Shown here one piece after another: positions 17,337-27,183 of a stretch of DNA of 64,000 nt (the first letter of the stretch is position 1; each line of letters opens with the position of its first letter). Below the pieces are notes generated by a model, which saw nothing but the letters and a program-made list of their open reading frames with translations, was not told where the DNA came from and made no database searches. Origin of the DNA: Parcubacteria group bacterium (GTDB lineage: Bacteria; Patescibacteriota; Minisyncoccia; Moranbacterales; UBA2206). The position numbers were made by a program, and so were the translations under genes. The stretch is from NCBI GenBank assembly GCA_041671525.1, contig JBAZBJ010000001.1, positions 9,638 to 73,637 on the forward strand, written 5' to 3'.

Positions 17337-20102
17337 ATGATAATGCCAAAAGAAAATAAAAATATCTATAACCTGACTTCGGACGAAGTATTAAAGAGAT
17401 TTGATGCTTCGCTTCAAGGCCTCTCAATTCAGGAGGCGGAGAAGCGGCTCAGGGAATTTGGGGCGAATAAGTTGCAGCGCAAACAGAATTGGAAGTGGTT
17501 GAAATTGATTTGGAATCAATTTAATGATGCGTTGGTCTGGATTTTGTTGGTGGCGGCGGGGTTGGCGGCGCTTTTTCGGGAGTGGCGGGATGTGACGATC
17601 ATTTTGATCATTGTCGCGATCAATTCGATCATCGGCTTTTTGCAAGAATTCAAAGCCGAGCGGATTTTGGATAGCATCAAAAAATTGACTACTGACAAGG
17701 CAGTGGTGATTCGCGGCGGGGTGCGCCAGGAAATTGAGGCGGCGGAATTGGTGGTGGGCGACGTGGTGGCGCTCACTAGCGGCGACAGCGTGCCGGCCGA
17801 TGGGTATCTTATCGAAGCGTACGATTTGCGCGTCAATAGTTTTATTTTTACCGGTGAATCGAAACCGGAAACCAAAAAAGTCGGCGTGATGGAAAATCAT
17901 CCGGTTTTGGCGGACATTGATAATATGGTTTTTTCCGGGGAAACGATTGCGACGGGCGAGGCGAAATTTGTGGTGACGGGCACGGGCATGGGCACGGAAC
18001 TGGGGAAGATTGCCAATCTGACCCAGGAAGTCAAAGAAGATCTGACGCCGATGCAGAAGCAGATGCGTTCTTTGGGGCGCCAAGTGACGATTCTTTCGAT
18101 TTTGATTGGAGTCGTGGTGATGATTGCCGGGCAATATTTCAAGATGTCACTCTATGACAACTTTTTGTTTGCCTTGGCCTTGGCGGTGTCGGTTGTGCCG
18201 GAAGGATTGCCAGCCGCGATTTCAGTGGCGCTGTCACTCGGAATGAAGCGCTTGCTCAAGGAAAATGTGCTGGCCAAAAAATTGAACGCCGTGGAAACGC
18301 TGGGCTCGGTCAACATTATCTGCACGGACAAAACCGGCACGATTACGAAAAATGAATTAATGGTAACTCGGGTGGTGGTGAATGATGAAATCCTGGAAGT
18401 TTCCGGCTCGGGCTATGAACCAGTCGGCAACTTCTCAAAAAATGGAAAAATAATCAAGACTGGTGAAATTGAAAATTTGGAATTGCTGATGCGGATCGGG
18501 ACTTTGTGCAATGGGGCAAGCCTGCTGAAGGAAGGTGGACAGTGGAAAATCATTGGTGATCCGACTGAAGGCGCGATCGTGGTAGTTGGCAAAAAATATA
18601 ATGACGCGGATGGCTATTTTGTCAAAGGCGAAACGAAAATCACCGAAAATCCTTTTTCCTCCGAGAGGATGCGGATGAGTGTGGTGTATAAGGGTGATTT
18701 GGGGGTTCCGGGAAGTTTGGGAATAGTTTCTTATGTGAAGGGTTCACCGGATGTGCTTTTGGAATTGTGCACACAAAAAAAAGTTGGTGACAAAATTTCG
18801 GAATTTACGCCAGCGGAAAAAGAACAGACCAAGGAAATTTATAACCAAATGTCAGCGCAGGCGTTGCGGGTGTTGGCGTTTGCGTATCGTGAATTACCCT
18901 CACCCCCAGCCCCTCTCCCAGGGGGCGAGGGGGGTTTTAGCGTTGGGGAAGCAGAAAAAAATCTTATCTGGGTAGGGATGATGGCGATGATTGATCCGCC
19001 ACGGCTGGACGTGACGGCGGCCATTGCCGAATGCAAGACGATGGACATCAAGGTTATTATGATTACCGGCGATTATGAAATCACCGCCAAAGCCATCGCG
19101 AAAAATATCGGCTTGATTGATGACAAAAATAAATATGAAATTATCAATGGAAAAACACTGAGCATTTTGAAAGATCGGGAAGTTTATCAAAAAATCAAAG
19201 CGGGGGATGTGGTGTTCGCGCGCATCGCGCCGGAACAGAAGTTGCGGATTGCGACCATTTTGAAAAACAACAAACAGGTGATTGCGATGACCGGCGACGG
19301 GGTCAATGACGCGCCGGCGTTGAAATATGCGGACATCGGGGTGGCGATGGGAATCATCGGCACGGATGTGTCCAAAGAAGCCGGCGACATGATTTTGCTG
19401 GATGATAATTTTGCTTCGATTGTCCATGGCATCAAGGAGGGGAGGACGATTTTTCAAAATCTCAAAAAATTTGTGCACTATGTTTTGACTTCTAATGCCA
19501 GTGAACTTTTGACCGTAATTTTTGGCGTGCTGCTGCAAATCCCGGCGCCGATCATGGCGGTGCAGATTTTGTCGATCGATCTGGCGACGGATGTTTTTCC
19601 ATCTTTTTCTTTGGGTCTGGAGCCGCCGGAGCCCGGGACGGACAAAAAAGTTATTAATTCCAAAGGCGCAATCATTGGCTGGAAAGGCTTTAGGCGCATC
19701 ATTTATCTGGGCATCATTATGGCCACCGCCGGAACAGTGGCCTTCCTCTGGTCGATGCTGCGCGGCGGCTGGTATTTCGGCGAGGCCGTGACGGCCGACA
19801 TGGCGCTTTATGTGAAGTCCACCACGGTGACCTACGCGGTGCTGGCCATGACGCAGATGGCTAATCTGTTGCAATCACGCAGTGAAAAATTGTCGCCGTT
19901 TGAACTCGGATTTTTCAAAAACAAATATGCGATTGGTTCAATTTTCATCTCAATCGCAATTCTGCTATCATTCATGTATGTGCCGCTGTTGCAAAAATAT
20001 CTGCACATGAGCCCGATCGATTGGAAAGATTGGCTGGCAGTGGTTGTATCAGTTATAGCAGTATTCTTGTGGGAGCAGGGGCGAAAAGCGGAAGAAAAAT
20101 AA
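17337..20102 (+). CDS. P-type cation-transporting ATPase (Ca2+/Mg2+-type, P2-like)
   Basis: TGES (FTGESKP), phosphorylation site ICTDKTGTITKNE, hinge MTGDGVNDAPALK; 10-TM layout; ATG 17337 preferred because 17307 lies in the REP hairpin. Confidence 0.9.
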   Translation: MIMPKENKNIYNLTSDEVLKRFDASLQGLSIQEAEKRLREFGANKLQRKQNWKWLKLIWNQFNDALVWILLVAAGLAALFREWRDVTIILIIVAINSIIGFLQEFKAERILDSIKKLTTDKAVVIRGGVRQEIEAAELVVGDVVALTSGDSVPADGYLIEAYDLRVNSFIFTGESKPETKKVGVMENHPVLADIDNMVFSGETIATGEAKFVVTGTGMGTELGKIANLTQEVKEDLTPMQKQMRSLGRQVTILSILIGVVVMIAGQYFKMSLYDNFLFALALAVSVVPEGLPAAISVALSLGMKRLLKENVLAKKLNAVETLGSVNIICTDKTGTITKNELMVTRVVVNDEILEVSGSGYEPVGNFSKNGKIIKTGEIENLELLMRIGTLCNGASLLKEGGQWKIIGDPTEGAIVVVGKKYNDADGYFVKGETKITENPFSSERMRMSVVYKGDLGVPGSLGIVSYVKGSPDVLLELCTQKKVGDKISEFTPAEKEQTKEIYNQMSAQALRVLAFAYRELPSPPAPLPGGEGGFSVGEAEKNLIWVGMMAMIDPPRLDVTAAIAECKTMDIKVIMITGDYEITAKAIAKNIGLIDDKNKYEIINGKTLSILKDREVYQKIKAGDVVFARIAPEQKLRIATILKNNKQVIAMTGDGVNDAPALKYADIGVAMGIIGTDVSKEAGDMILLDDNFASIVHGIKEGRTIFQNLKKFVHYVLTSNASELLTVIFGVLLQIPAPIMAVQILSIDLATDVFPSFSLGLEPPEPGTDKKVINSKGAIIGWKGFRRIIYLGIIMATAGTVAFLWSMLRGGWYFGEAVTADMALYVKSTTVTYAVLAMTQMANLLQSRSEKLSPFELGFFKNKYAIGSIFISIAILLSFMYVPLLQKYLHMSPIDWKDWLAVVVSVIAVFLWEQGRKAEEK
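18897..18936 (+). repeat. GC-rich imperfect palindrome embedded in-frame in the ATPase gene
   Basis: ccctcacccccagcccctctccc-agg-gggcgaggggggtt; cccctctccc / gggcgagggg pair with one mismatch; translated PSPPAPLPGGEGG. Confidence 0.7.
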
Positions 20103-20105
20103 TCT

Positions 20106-21059
20106 ATGCTGAATATTCAAGAAAACATTTCACTTGCAAAATATACGACGTTCCGCATCGGCGGGCCGGCGAGGTTTTTTGTGGAAGTGGAGAATGCCGA
20201 AGAAATTGCAGAGGCGATCGAATATGCCCAAAATAATAAATTTAAATTTTTCATCCTGGGTGGCGGCTGCAATGTGCTGGTTTCTGACAGTGGCTTTGAT
20301 GGTTTGGTCATCCGGATCAAGAATACTTTGTTCATGATTCATGACGTTTCTGTCGGATGTGGCGCCGGAGTGCCGCTGGCCAAGGTGGTCAAAGATTCGA
20401 TTGAGAGCGGTCTAACTGGCATGGAGTGGGCGGCGGGAATTCCGGGCACGGTCGGTGGGGCGATCCGTGGCAATGCTGGGGCGTTCGGCGGCGAGATGGC
20501 GCAGGGCATAAACACCGTGAACTTTATCGATCCGGCGGAGCTGTATGAAGAGGATAACAAAACCGTCAAGATCAAAACTTTTTCCGCGGCGGACTGTCAG
20601 TTTGCGTATCGCAACAGTATCTTCAAGCAAAATCCAAATCTGATCATTCTGTCAGCCAGTCTGAGGTTGGAAAAGGGAGACCGGGCAGAGAGTGAAAAGA
20701 AGGTCAAGGATATTTTGGCGCAAAGGAGTTCCAATCAGCCCAAAGGTGCCAGTGCTGGATCATATTTCATCAATCCGGTCGTCAGCAATCCGGAACTGCT
20801 CGCGGAATTTGAAAAGGAGACTGGTCAGAAAAGCAGAGGAGGAAAATTGCCGTCGGGCTGGCTGATTGCCAGGGCGGGGTTGAGAGGCAAAAAAATCGGT
20901 GGGGCGCTGGTAAGTATGGAGCACGCAAATTTTATCGTGAACACCGGCACGGCCACCGCAGAAGACATAACCGCTTTGGACAGTCTGGTGAAACAACAAG
21001 TGCGGGATAAATTCGGCGTGCAGCTGCAGGAAGAAGTACAATATTTGGGATTTAATTAA
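20106..21059 (+). CDS. murB: UDP-N-acetylenolpyruvoylglucosamine reductase
   Basis: TTFRIGGPA, ILGGGCNVL, AGSYFINP motifs of MurB. Confidence 0.9.
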   Translation: MLNIQENISLAKYTTFRIGGPARFFVEVENAEEIAEAIEYAQNNKFKFFILGGGCNVLVSDSGFDGLVIRIKNTLFMIHDVSVGCGAGVPLAKVVKDSIESGLTGMEWAAGIPGTVGGAIRGNAGAFGGEMAQGINTVNFIDPAELYEEDNKTVKIKTFSAADCQFAYRNSIFKQNPNLIILSASLRLEKGDRAESEKKVKDILAQRSSNQPKGASAGSYFINPVVSNPELLAEFEKETGQKSRGGKLPSGWLIARAGLRGKKIGGALVSMEHANFIVNTGTATAEDITALDSLVKQQVRDKFGVQLQEEVQYLGFN

Positions 21060-21073
21060 TTTAAGATAATCAT

Positions 21074-21445
21074 ATGACAACAGAAAAAAGCATTCGCATG
21101 TTTTTCAAGGGTTTGAAAATTGATGATCGCACCGAAGACTATGTCACCAAAAAAATCAAAGCAATCGAGAAAATTTTGGACAAGGTGACACGGGTGGAGA
21201 TCGAAATTGATATGGATAAGAAAAAGGGAAAATTCCGGGTGGAGGTGATGATCAAAACGCCGTATAAGCTGTATCGCGCCGAAGAATCAACGGAAAGCGT
21301 GGAGGGTTCAATTGACGCGGTGGAGCAGGAAATCAAGAGTCAGGTCAAAAAAGACATCGAAAAGATCCGGACGTTGAGATTGCGCGGCAAACGCTCGATC
21401 AAGAAAAAAACGGTGCTCGACAAAGACGCGCGGTTCCGGAAATAG
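21074..21445 (+). CDS. hpf: ribosome hibernation promoting factor / RaiA family
   Basis: 123-aa protein; KGLKIDDRTEDYVTKKI...RVEIEI...FRVEVMI...YRAEES..S.EGSIDAV pattern typical of sigma54-modulation/HPF proteins. Confidence 0.75.
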   Translation: MTTEKSIRMFFKGLKIDDRTEDYVTKKIKAIEKILDKVTRVEIEIDMDKKKGKFRVEVMIKTPYKLYRAEESTESVEGSIDAVEQEIKSQVKKDIEKIRTLRLRGKRSIKKKTVLDKDARFRK

Positions 21446-21466
21446 GCAACTTTGCTTCAAATAAAG

Positions 21467-21494
21467 CTCTTCTCAGAAATGGGAAGAGTTTTAT
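21467..21494 (+). terminator. rho-independent terminator
   Basis: ctcttc-N10-gaagag stem followed by tttta. Confidence 0.65.
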
Positions 21495-21548
21495 AATTGC
21501 CGAAAAAGCTTTGTTTAAAGCAAAAAATCAGATTTAGAGAGCTGGCTA

Positions 21549-21577
21549 TTGACAGATCCGGCTTTTCATGCTAGACT
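21549..21577 (+). promoter_or_regulatory. sigma70-like promoter
   Basis: TTGACA (21549-21554), 17-nt spacer, TAGACT (21572-21577). Confidence 0.6.
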
Positions 21578-21677
21578 ATTTGGTTGTTCGTTACAAATTT
21601 TTTATAGCGGAGGCGGGCTTATTTTTTAAATAAGTCCAATTAATAACAATCCTAAGAAAATTCCTGGGAGGGAAAAA

Positions 21678-22232
21678 ATGAACAAGAAGATGTTAGTTTT
21701 TGTAGTTTTGGCGATTATCGTAATGTTCGGCGTTAGCGATGTTTTCGCTAACGGATCACAGCGCGCTGATGGAGGAGTGAAGATTGCCCTGAAGGCGCCG
21801 TATGACCTCATCTATCCGATCAATGTTCCAACTGACGTCAAGGGGTTTGGTGTCGTGGAGGATGTCCAGGAATACGATTCCTGGTTCTGCGATAATGACC
21901 AGACCATTGAGGTTAAGAATAAATACAAGGTATTTTCCTTGCCGGTTAGGGTTTCCGAAATGAACAAGTGGAATGTCGGTAAACTTAGTCTCACTGGGGC
22001 TGACTCGTCCGGTCTCATGCGCGATATAACCGGCTACATGTCTGCTGATCCGGCAGGCAAAACAGTTTACGTGGAGTTCGCCGGGCAGTACTGCGCGCAA
22101 CAATTTGAGCAGTATTATGACGATGCTCGTCAGACGTGGATGTGTCGCGTGCAGCCGGAGATGGTATGCAACGCTCCGGAATATTATCTCAACGGGCGGC
22201 TACTTTTAACAGTAGTACCATACCTGAGGTAG
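21678..22232 (+). CDS. hypothetical secreted protein
   Basis: Signal peptide MNKKMLVFVVLAIIVMFGVSDVFA; four Cys; no family recognised. Confidence 0.55.
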   Translation: MNKKMLVFVVLAIIVMFGVSDVFANGSQRADGGVKIALKAPYDLIYPINVPTDVKGFGVVEDVQEYDSWFCDNDQTIEVKNKYKVFSLPVRVSEMNKWNVGKLSLTGADSSGLMRDITGYMSADPAGKTVYVEFAGQYCAQQFEQYYDDARQTWMCRVQPEMVCNAPEYYLNGRLLLTVVPYLR

Positions 22233-22237
22233 AAAGC

Positions 22238-22285
22238 AAGCAGCTATGTTTCGATAACTCGAAACCTCTAGCTGCTTTTTATTTT
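22238..22285 (+). terminator. rho-independent terminator (long compound hairpin)
   Basis: aagcagcta...tagctgctt outer stem with inner gtttcga-taac-tcgaaac stem, then TTTTT. Confidence 0.75.
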
Positions 22286-22361
22286 TGAAAATGTGGATAA
22301 CTTGCTATGTATTTTTCGCGTTATCTATGGCATAATAAAAGCATAAAATAACTAAAACAAA

Positions 22362-22922
22362 ATGAACAAAAAAATCGCCACGGAGTTTGCTTTTGGGATT
22401 ATAATCATTATTGCTATCATTGTTGGCGGAGCAGTTTGGCTTTCCGGCAATCAGAAAGCAGAAGCGCCGACATCGAATGTCAAAACAACGCAGCCAGCAC
22501 CGCAACCTGCGGCAACTGATGAAACCGCCGACTGGCAGACGTATCGGAATGAGAAGTATGGGTTTGAGTTTCAGTATCCGAGGGGGTGGAATGTTAAAGA
22601 AATTCAGGATGGCGTAATTGCTCTGTCTAAGGATAATTTGCCAAAAAATACAATAAATATAAATATTACCAATAATACAGAAGGTAAGAGCTTGGGTGAA
22701 ATTACCCAAGAGAGAATTGCTAACCTGCAAATTCAAAAAAACTCCACCGATGTGTTTTTGGGCGGGCTGCCAGCTAAGCGAGTGAAAGACAATGGAATTG
22801 TTACTTACAACGGAGTCTATTCAATTAACAAAGAGCATATTTATTATCTGTATATTTCCGAAGAGTCTCAATTGAATGCAACTTTTAATCAAATACTTTC
22901 CACCTTCAAATTTACAGAATAG
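22362..22922 (+). CDS. hypothetical membrane-anchored exported protein
   Basis: N-terminal TM (FAFGIIIIIAIIVGGAVWL) then soluble domain; no family recognised. Confidence 0.5.
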   Translation: MNKKIATEFAFGIIIIIAIIVGGAVWLSGNQKAEAPTSNVKTTQPAPQPAATDETADWQTYRNEKYGFEFQYPRGWNVKEIQDGVIALSKDNLPKNTININITNNTEGKSLGEITQERIANLQIQKNSTDVFLGGLPAKRVKDNGIVTYNGVYSINKEHIYYLYISEESQLNATFNQILSTFKFTE

Positions 22923-23032
22923 CTCACTAAATCAGAAAACCTTCTCCTTGCCGAGAGGGTTTTTGTTTGGTAGAATAAAGGAGTTTTAATGACTAAATAA
23001 CGACGCTTAACCTCTTCCGTCCGCGGCGGACA

Positions 23033-23056
23033 CCTTCTCCTTAAATAAGGAGAAGG
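23033..23056 (+). promoter_or_regulatory. perfect 10-bp hairpin sequestering the Shine-Dalgarno sequence upstream of secA
   Basis: ccttctcctt-aaat-aaggagaagg; 3' arm contains AAGGAG; 5' arm resembles the anti-SD 16S tail. Confidence 0.5.
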
Positions 23057-23079
23057 GAATATGGAAGAAAACACTTTTT

Positions 23080-25713
23080 ATGGCATTTTTTAGCAGTATT
23101 TTTGGCTCAAATACACGGGAAATCAAGAAACTTCAACCCATCGTGGACAAGATCAATTCCTTCGGTCCGGAGTATCGCAAGCTGTCCGATGAAGAGCTGA
23201 AAGCCAAAACGCAAGAATTCAAGGAGCGCATAACCAAAGGAGAAACGCTGGATGAAATTTTGCCGGAGGCTTTTGCGGTGGTGCGGGAAGCGGCGGACCG
23301 GGTGATTCAGGAGCGGCATTTTGACACGCAGCTAATCGGCGGCATCGTGCTGCACAGCGGCAAGATTGCGGAAATGAAAACGGGTGAAGGCAAAACCTTG
23401 ACCTCGACTTTGCCGATCTATTTGAATGCGCTCTCTGGCCACGGTGTGCACGTGGTGACCGTCAATGATTATTTGGCCAAACGCGATTGCAACTGGATGG
23501 GTTCCATCTTCAATTTTCTGGGTGTGTCCACGGCCTGTATCATCCATGATGCGTCATATCTGTATGAACCGAAAATTTTGGATGCCAACGAAGTGACGGT
23601 GGAGATGGAAAATCTGCGGGAAGTTTCACGGCGCGAAGCGTATGCGGCCGACATTACCTATGGCACTAACAATGAATATGGTTTCGATTATTTGCGCGAC
23701 AATATGGTGCCGAGTCTGCCACAGATGGTGCAGCGCGAACTCAATTATGTGATTGTGGATGAAGTGGATTCCATCTTGATCGATGAGGCGCGCACGCCGC
23801 TGATCATTTCGGCACCGGACACGGAATCGACCAAGCTCTATCAGCAATTTGCGCAACTCGTGCCCAGATTGAAAAAGGATGAAGATTTTGAGGTGGATGA
23901 AAAAATGAAAGCCGTGGTCATCACGGACGCGGGAATTTCCAAAATGGAAAGCTGGTTGGGCGTGGGCAATATTTATGAAAGTGGCAAGATAAATTATGTG
24001 CATCATCTGGAACAGGCCTTGAAGGCACAGGTGATTTTTCAGCTAGATCGTGATTATGTGGTCAAGGACGGCGAAGTGATTATTGTGGATGATTTCACTG
24101 GCCGGTTGATGCAAGGGCGTCGCTACAGTGAGGGTTTGCATCAGGCCATTGAAGCCAAGGAAAAAGTGGCGGTGCAAAAAGAATCACGGACGCTCGCGAC
24201 CATCACTTTTCAGAATTATTTCCGCATGTACAACAAAATTTCGGGCATGACCGGCACGGCGCTGACGAGCGCGGAAGAATTTTTCAAGGTATACAAGATG
24301 GACGTGATGGAAATCCCGACCAACAAGCCGCTGGTGCGTAAAGATTTGCCGGACGTGGTGTATAAAACGGAAAAAGGTAAATTTGATGCCATCGCGGAAA
24401 AAATCAAGGAATTGAACCAGACCGGGCAGCCGGCGCTGGTGGGCACCATTGCCATTGAAAAATCAGAATATCTGAGTGCGCTTTTGACGCGCCACGGCGT
24501 GCCCCACGAAGTTTTGAACGCCAAAAACCACGAACGGGAGGCACAGATTGTGGCCAAAGCGGGGCAGAAAGGCTCAGTGACCATTGCCACCAACATGGCG
24601 GGACGCGGAACCGACATCAAGCTGGGTGAGGGTGTGCGGGAAGTGGGCGGGTTGTATATTATCGGCACCGAGCGGCACGAAGCGCGCCGCATCGACAATC
24701 AGCTGCGTGGCCGCGCCGGTCGTCAAGGTGACCCGGGTGTGTCCGAATTTTATGTTTCGCTGGAAGACGAATTGATGCGGCGTTTCGGCGGTGACAAATT
24801 GAAAAGCATGATGGATCGCCTGGGCTTGCCGGAAGATCAGCCGATCCAGAACGGCATCATTTCCAAAACCATCGAAAACGCGCAATCGAAAATTGAAGGT
24901 TTTAACTTTGATATTAGAAAACACGTCTTGGATTATGACGACGTGATGAACAAACAGCGCGAAGTGGTGTATAAAAAACGGAAAGAGATTTTGGAAGCGC
25001 AAGACACCAAGAATGAAATGCTGGAAAACATCAAAGAAGAACTGGAGCGGCTGGTATCTTTTCACGCGGTGGGGGAAGAAGGCGAGTGGCAGATCAAGGA
25101 AATTTTTGAGAATTTCAAGAGTATCGTGCCAGCAGAGGAAGGAGTCTTGGTGAAAATGGAAGAAATCCAAAACAACAAACGGGAAAATTCGGCGGAGAAG
25201 ATCACGTCAATGGTGGAATATTTGGTCGGCCTGGCCAAGGAGAATTATAACAAAAAAGAGCAGGAAGTCGGCACGGATCAGCTGCGCTATTTGGAAAAAT
25301 CCATCATGCTGCAAACCATCGACATGATGTGGATGAATCATCTGGACGAGATTGATTACTTGCGCGAAGGCATCGGGTTGCGTGGCTATGGTCAGCGCGA
25401 TCCATTGATCGAATACAAGCGCGAAGCGTTTGGGATGTTTTCGCATCTGATGGAAAATGTCCGCTCATCGATCGTGCACACAATTTTCAAGATCAATGTC
25501 GTGGCGGCTCCACAGACGGAAGCACAACCGAAAAACTTGCAATTCAAAGGCGCGGCGGAAGAAGTGGAACAATTCGGCGCGGCCAAGGAGGCGGACACGA
25601 ATCAGAAATCTGAAGCCAAACAGATGCCAATTATTAATAAAGATAATGTGGGCAGGAATGACCCGTGCCCGTGCGGCTCAGGCAAGAAATATAAGAACTG
25701 TTGTGGGAAGTAG
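23080..25713 (+). CDS. secA: preprotein translocase ATPase SecA
   Basis: N-terminus SIFGSNTREIKKL, Walker A MKTGEGKTL, DEAD-like VDEVDSILIDEARTPLIIS, C-terminal zinc finger CPCGSGKKYKNCCG. Confidence 0.95.
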   Translation: MAFFSSIFGSNTREIKKLQPIVDKINSFGPEYRKLSDEELKAKTQEFKERITKGETLDEILPEAFAVVREAADRVIQERHFDTQLIGGIVLHSGKIAEMKTGEGKTLTSTLPIYLNALSGHGVHVVTVNDYLAKRDCNWMGSIFNFLGVSTACIIHDASYLYEPKILDANEVTVEMENLREVSRREAYAADITYGTNNEYGFDYLRDNMVPSLPQMVQRELNYVIVDEVDSILIDEARTPLIISAPDTESTKLYQQFAQLVPRLKKDEDFEVDEKMKAVVITDAGISKMESWLGVGNIYESGKINYVHHLEQALKAQVIFQLDRDYVVKDGEVIIVDDFTGRLMQGRRYSEGLHQAIEAKEKVAVQKESRTLATITFQNYFRMYNKISGMTGTALTSAEEFFKVYKMDVMEIPTNKPLVRKDLPDVVYKTEKGKFDAIAEKIKELNQTGQPALVGTIAIEKSEYLSALLTRHGVPHEVLNAKNHEREAQIVAKAGQKGSVTIATNMAGRGTDIKLGEGVREVGGLYIIGTERHEARRIDNQLRGRAGRQGDPGVSEFYVSLEDELMRRFGGDKLKSMMDRLGLPEDQPIQNGIISKTIENAQSKIEGFNFDIRKHVLDYDDVMNKQREVVYKKRKEILEAQDTKNEMLENIKEELERLVSFHAVGEEGEWQIKEIFENFKSIVPAEEGVLVKMEEIQNNKRENSAEKITSMVEYLVGLAKENYNKKEQEVGTDQLRYLEKSIMLQTIDMMWMNHLDEIDYLREGIGLRGYGQRDPLIEYKREAFGMFSHLMENVRSSIVHTIFKINVVAAPQTEAQPKNLQFKGAAEEVEQFGAAKEADTNQKSEAKQMPIINKDNVGRNDPCPCGSGKKYKNCCGK

Positions 25714-25762
25714 GAGCTGAAAACAAAGTCGTTTCCGTCCGCAAATAAGCGGATAAATGGGG

Positions 25763-25792
25763 AAAACCCGTGCGAAGAGCACGGGTTTTTTC
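25763..25792 (+). terminator. rho-independent terminator
   Basis: aaaacccgtgc-gaaga-gcacgggtttttt. Confidence 0.85.
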
Positions 25793-25896
25793 TATGCCGA
25801 AAACCCCCGATCTCGATAATAATTTGCAAGTCTAAAAGGTCGAGGCCGGCGGCGCCATAGTCCGCATAAGTTTACAAAAGCTGACAAAACAACGAT

Positions 25897-26148
25897 ATGA
25901 AAAATCTAACGAAAACAATAAAAAGCATACGCAGCGAAGTGCGCGGAAAAGACATGCAAGGTCGCATCCGGGCAAAAGCTGAATTGCTGGCGCAAGATCT
26001 TGAGGAAGATATTTCGGATGAGGTCGGGGAACTCATGGGAAAGCTCACGACCGAATTCACGGAAGGATCAGAGATCGAATTGGCAGGCTATGTCTTCGAT
26101 CAGATCAGGCAAGCATTGCTTGACGAGATCAAAAAGCAACTTAAATAA
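25897..26148 (+). CDS. hypothetical protein (phage block)
   Basis: 83-aa acidic helical ORF, no motif. Confidence 0.4.
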   Translation: MKNLTKTIKSIRSEVRGKDMQGRIRAKAELLAQDLEEDISDEVGELMGKLTTEFTEGSEIELAGYVFDQIRQALLDEIKKQLK

Positions 26149-26498
26149 AATCACAGTCGGATGCATATCGCACGGCTGGTGATCAACCTAATTTATGACC
26201 GCAATAACTTGCGAGCACGCAAAGAAAACATTTGTATGCGTCACCCAATTTCTGACATTGATGGTGATGCTCGACATGATGCTTCTCTTCCTCTCGCTAG
26301 CTCAAATTGCTTCGGGAGGTCAGAGCGGATATTGGGATCCATTCTGGCAATCACAAGCGCGAATGGTGGTGGCTATTCTTAAATGAAAAATCACTTGCCA
26401 TGCTGAATGCATCCTGACCAATAATCAAGGTTTCCGATTTCTGAACAGCCATTCACCCGGCAACTGATTTCAGGGGTCGGAAACCTGCTGAAAACAAG

Positions 26499-26873
26499 AT
26501 GGGAATCGATATTTATGCGCACTGGAAAAACCAAACACCCAAACAAAAGCAGGAGCAGATGACAGGTTTTTCCACGGCGCACGGACACGTGGGATATCTG
26601 CGGGAAGCCTACCACGGCAACCCATATGCAACTCACTACATGTTCCAAGAAGTTTTTGCCAAGAAGGGGGAAGCGAAAATTCCAGCTAAAATCTTACGCG
26701 AACGATTGCCGAGGACTCTCGAACTGGTCGAAGAGCGAGAGCGCAGAATCTATAAGCAAATGAGAAGCAAACAGATCGACAGGATCAAAAAAAGCTTCGT
26801 TGATTTCGTGAAATTGTGCGAGCAAAAAGAAAAACAAACCAAGGAGTCTTGCACGATAGTGGCTGACTATTGA
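26499..26873 (+). CDS. hypothetical protein (phage block)
   Basis: 124-aa ORF abutting the next ORF (stop 26873, next ATG 26875). Confidence 0.45.
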   Translation: MGIDIYAHWKNQTPKQKQEQMTGFSTAHGHVGYLREAYHGNPYATHYMFQEVFAKKGEAKIPAKILRERLPRTLELVEERERRIYKQMRSKQIDRIKKSFVDFVKLCEQKEKQTKESCTIVADY

Positions 26874-26874
26874 T

Positions 26875-27108
26875 ATGAATTATTTATTCAACCTTGAATG
26901 GGATGAGCTTCCCGAGGAATTGCGGGAAGAAAAAATAAGCCAGTATATTATCGATGGCGGAAAGCGCCAATGCGAGAAGTGTGAGGGAGAAGATATCTAT
27001 TGCAAAGTATGCAAAGGTCTCGGACAGGTTGATCCTGATCCCGATGATTTGCACGAACAGGAAGAAGCGGAAGAATGCATCAAAGCTCATTTCCCCATTT
27101 ATTTCTAA
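26875..27108 (+). CDS. hypothetical zinc-ribbon protein (phage block)
   Basis: CEKCEGEDIYCKVCKGLG = two CxxC pairs. Confidence 0.45.
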   Translation: MNYLFNLEWDELPEELREEKISQYIIDGGKRQCEKCEGEDIYCKVCKGLGQVDPDPDDLHEQEEAEECIKAHFPIYF

Positions 27109-27183
27109 CAGCTCTCATTAGTCCTGGTTTTGAAAAAATATCAGGCGGGAAACAGGGGGCTGTTTCCCTTTCGCCAAAAAAAT

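Noticed and set aside
17424-18134. 236-aa minus-strand ORF and other shadow ORFs in the ATPase, secA and PBP genes (for example 24574..25170, 7634..8161)
   Set aside because: All overlap strongly supported genes on the opposite strand or in another frame, and have R/H/Q-biased composition.
18900-19874. 324-aa minus-strand ORF
   Set aside because: Entirely antisense to the well-supported P-type ATPase; the translation is R/H/G/Q-rich low complexity with no motifs. This is typical shadow ORF behaviour.
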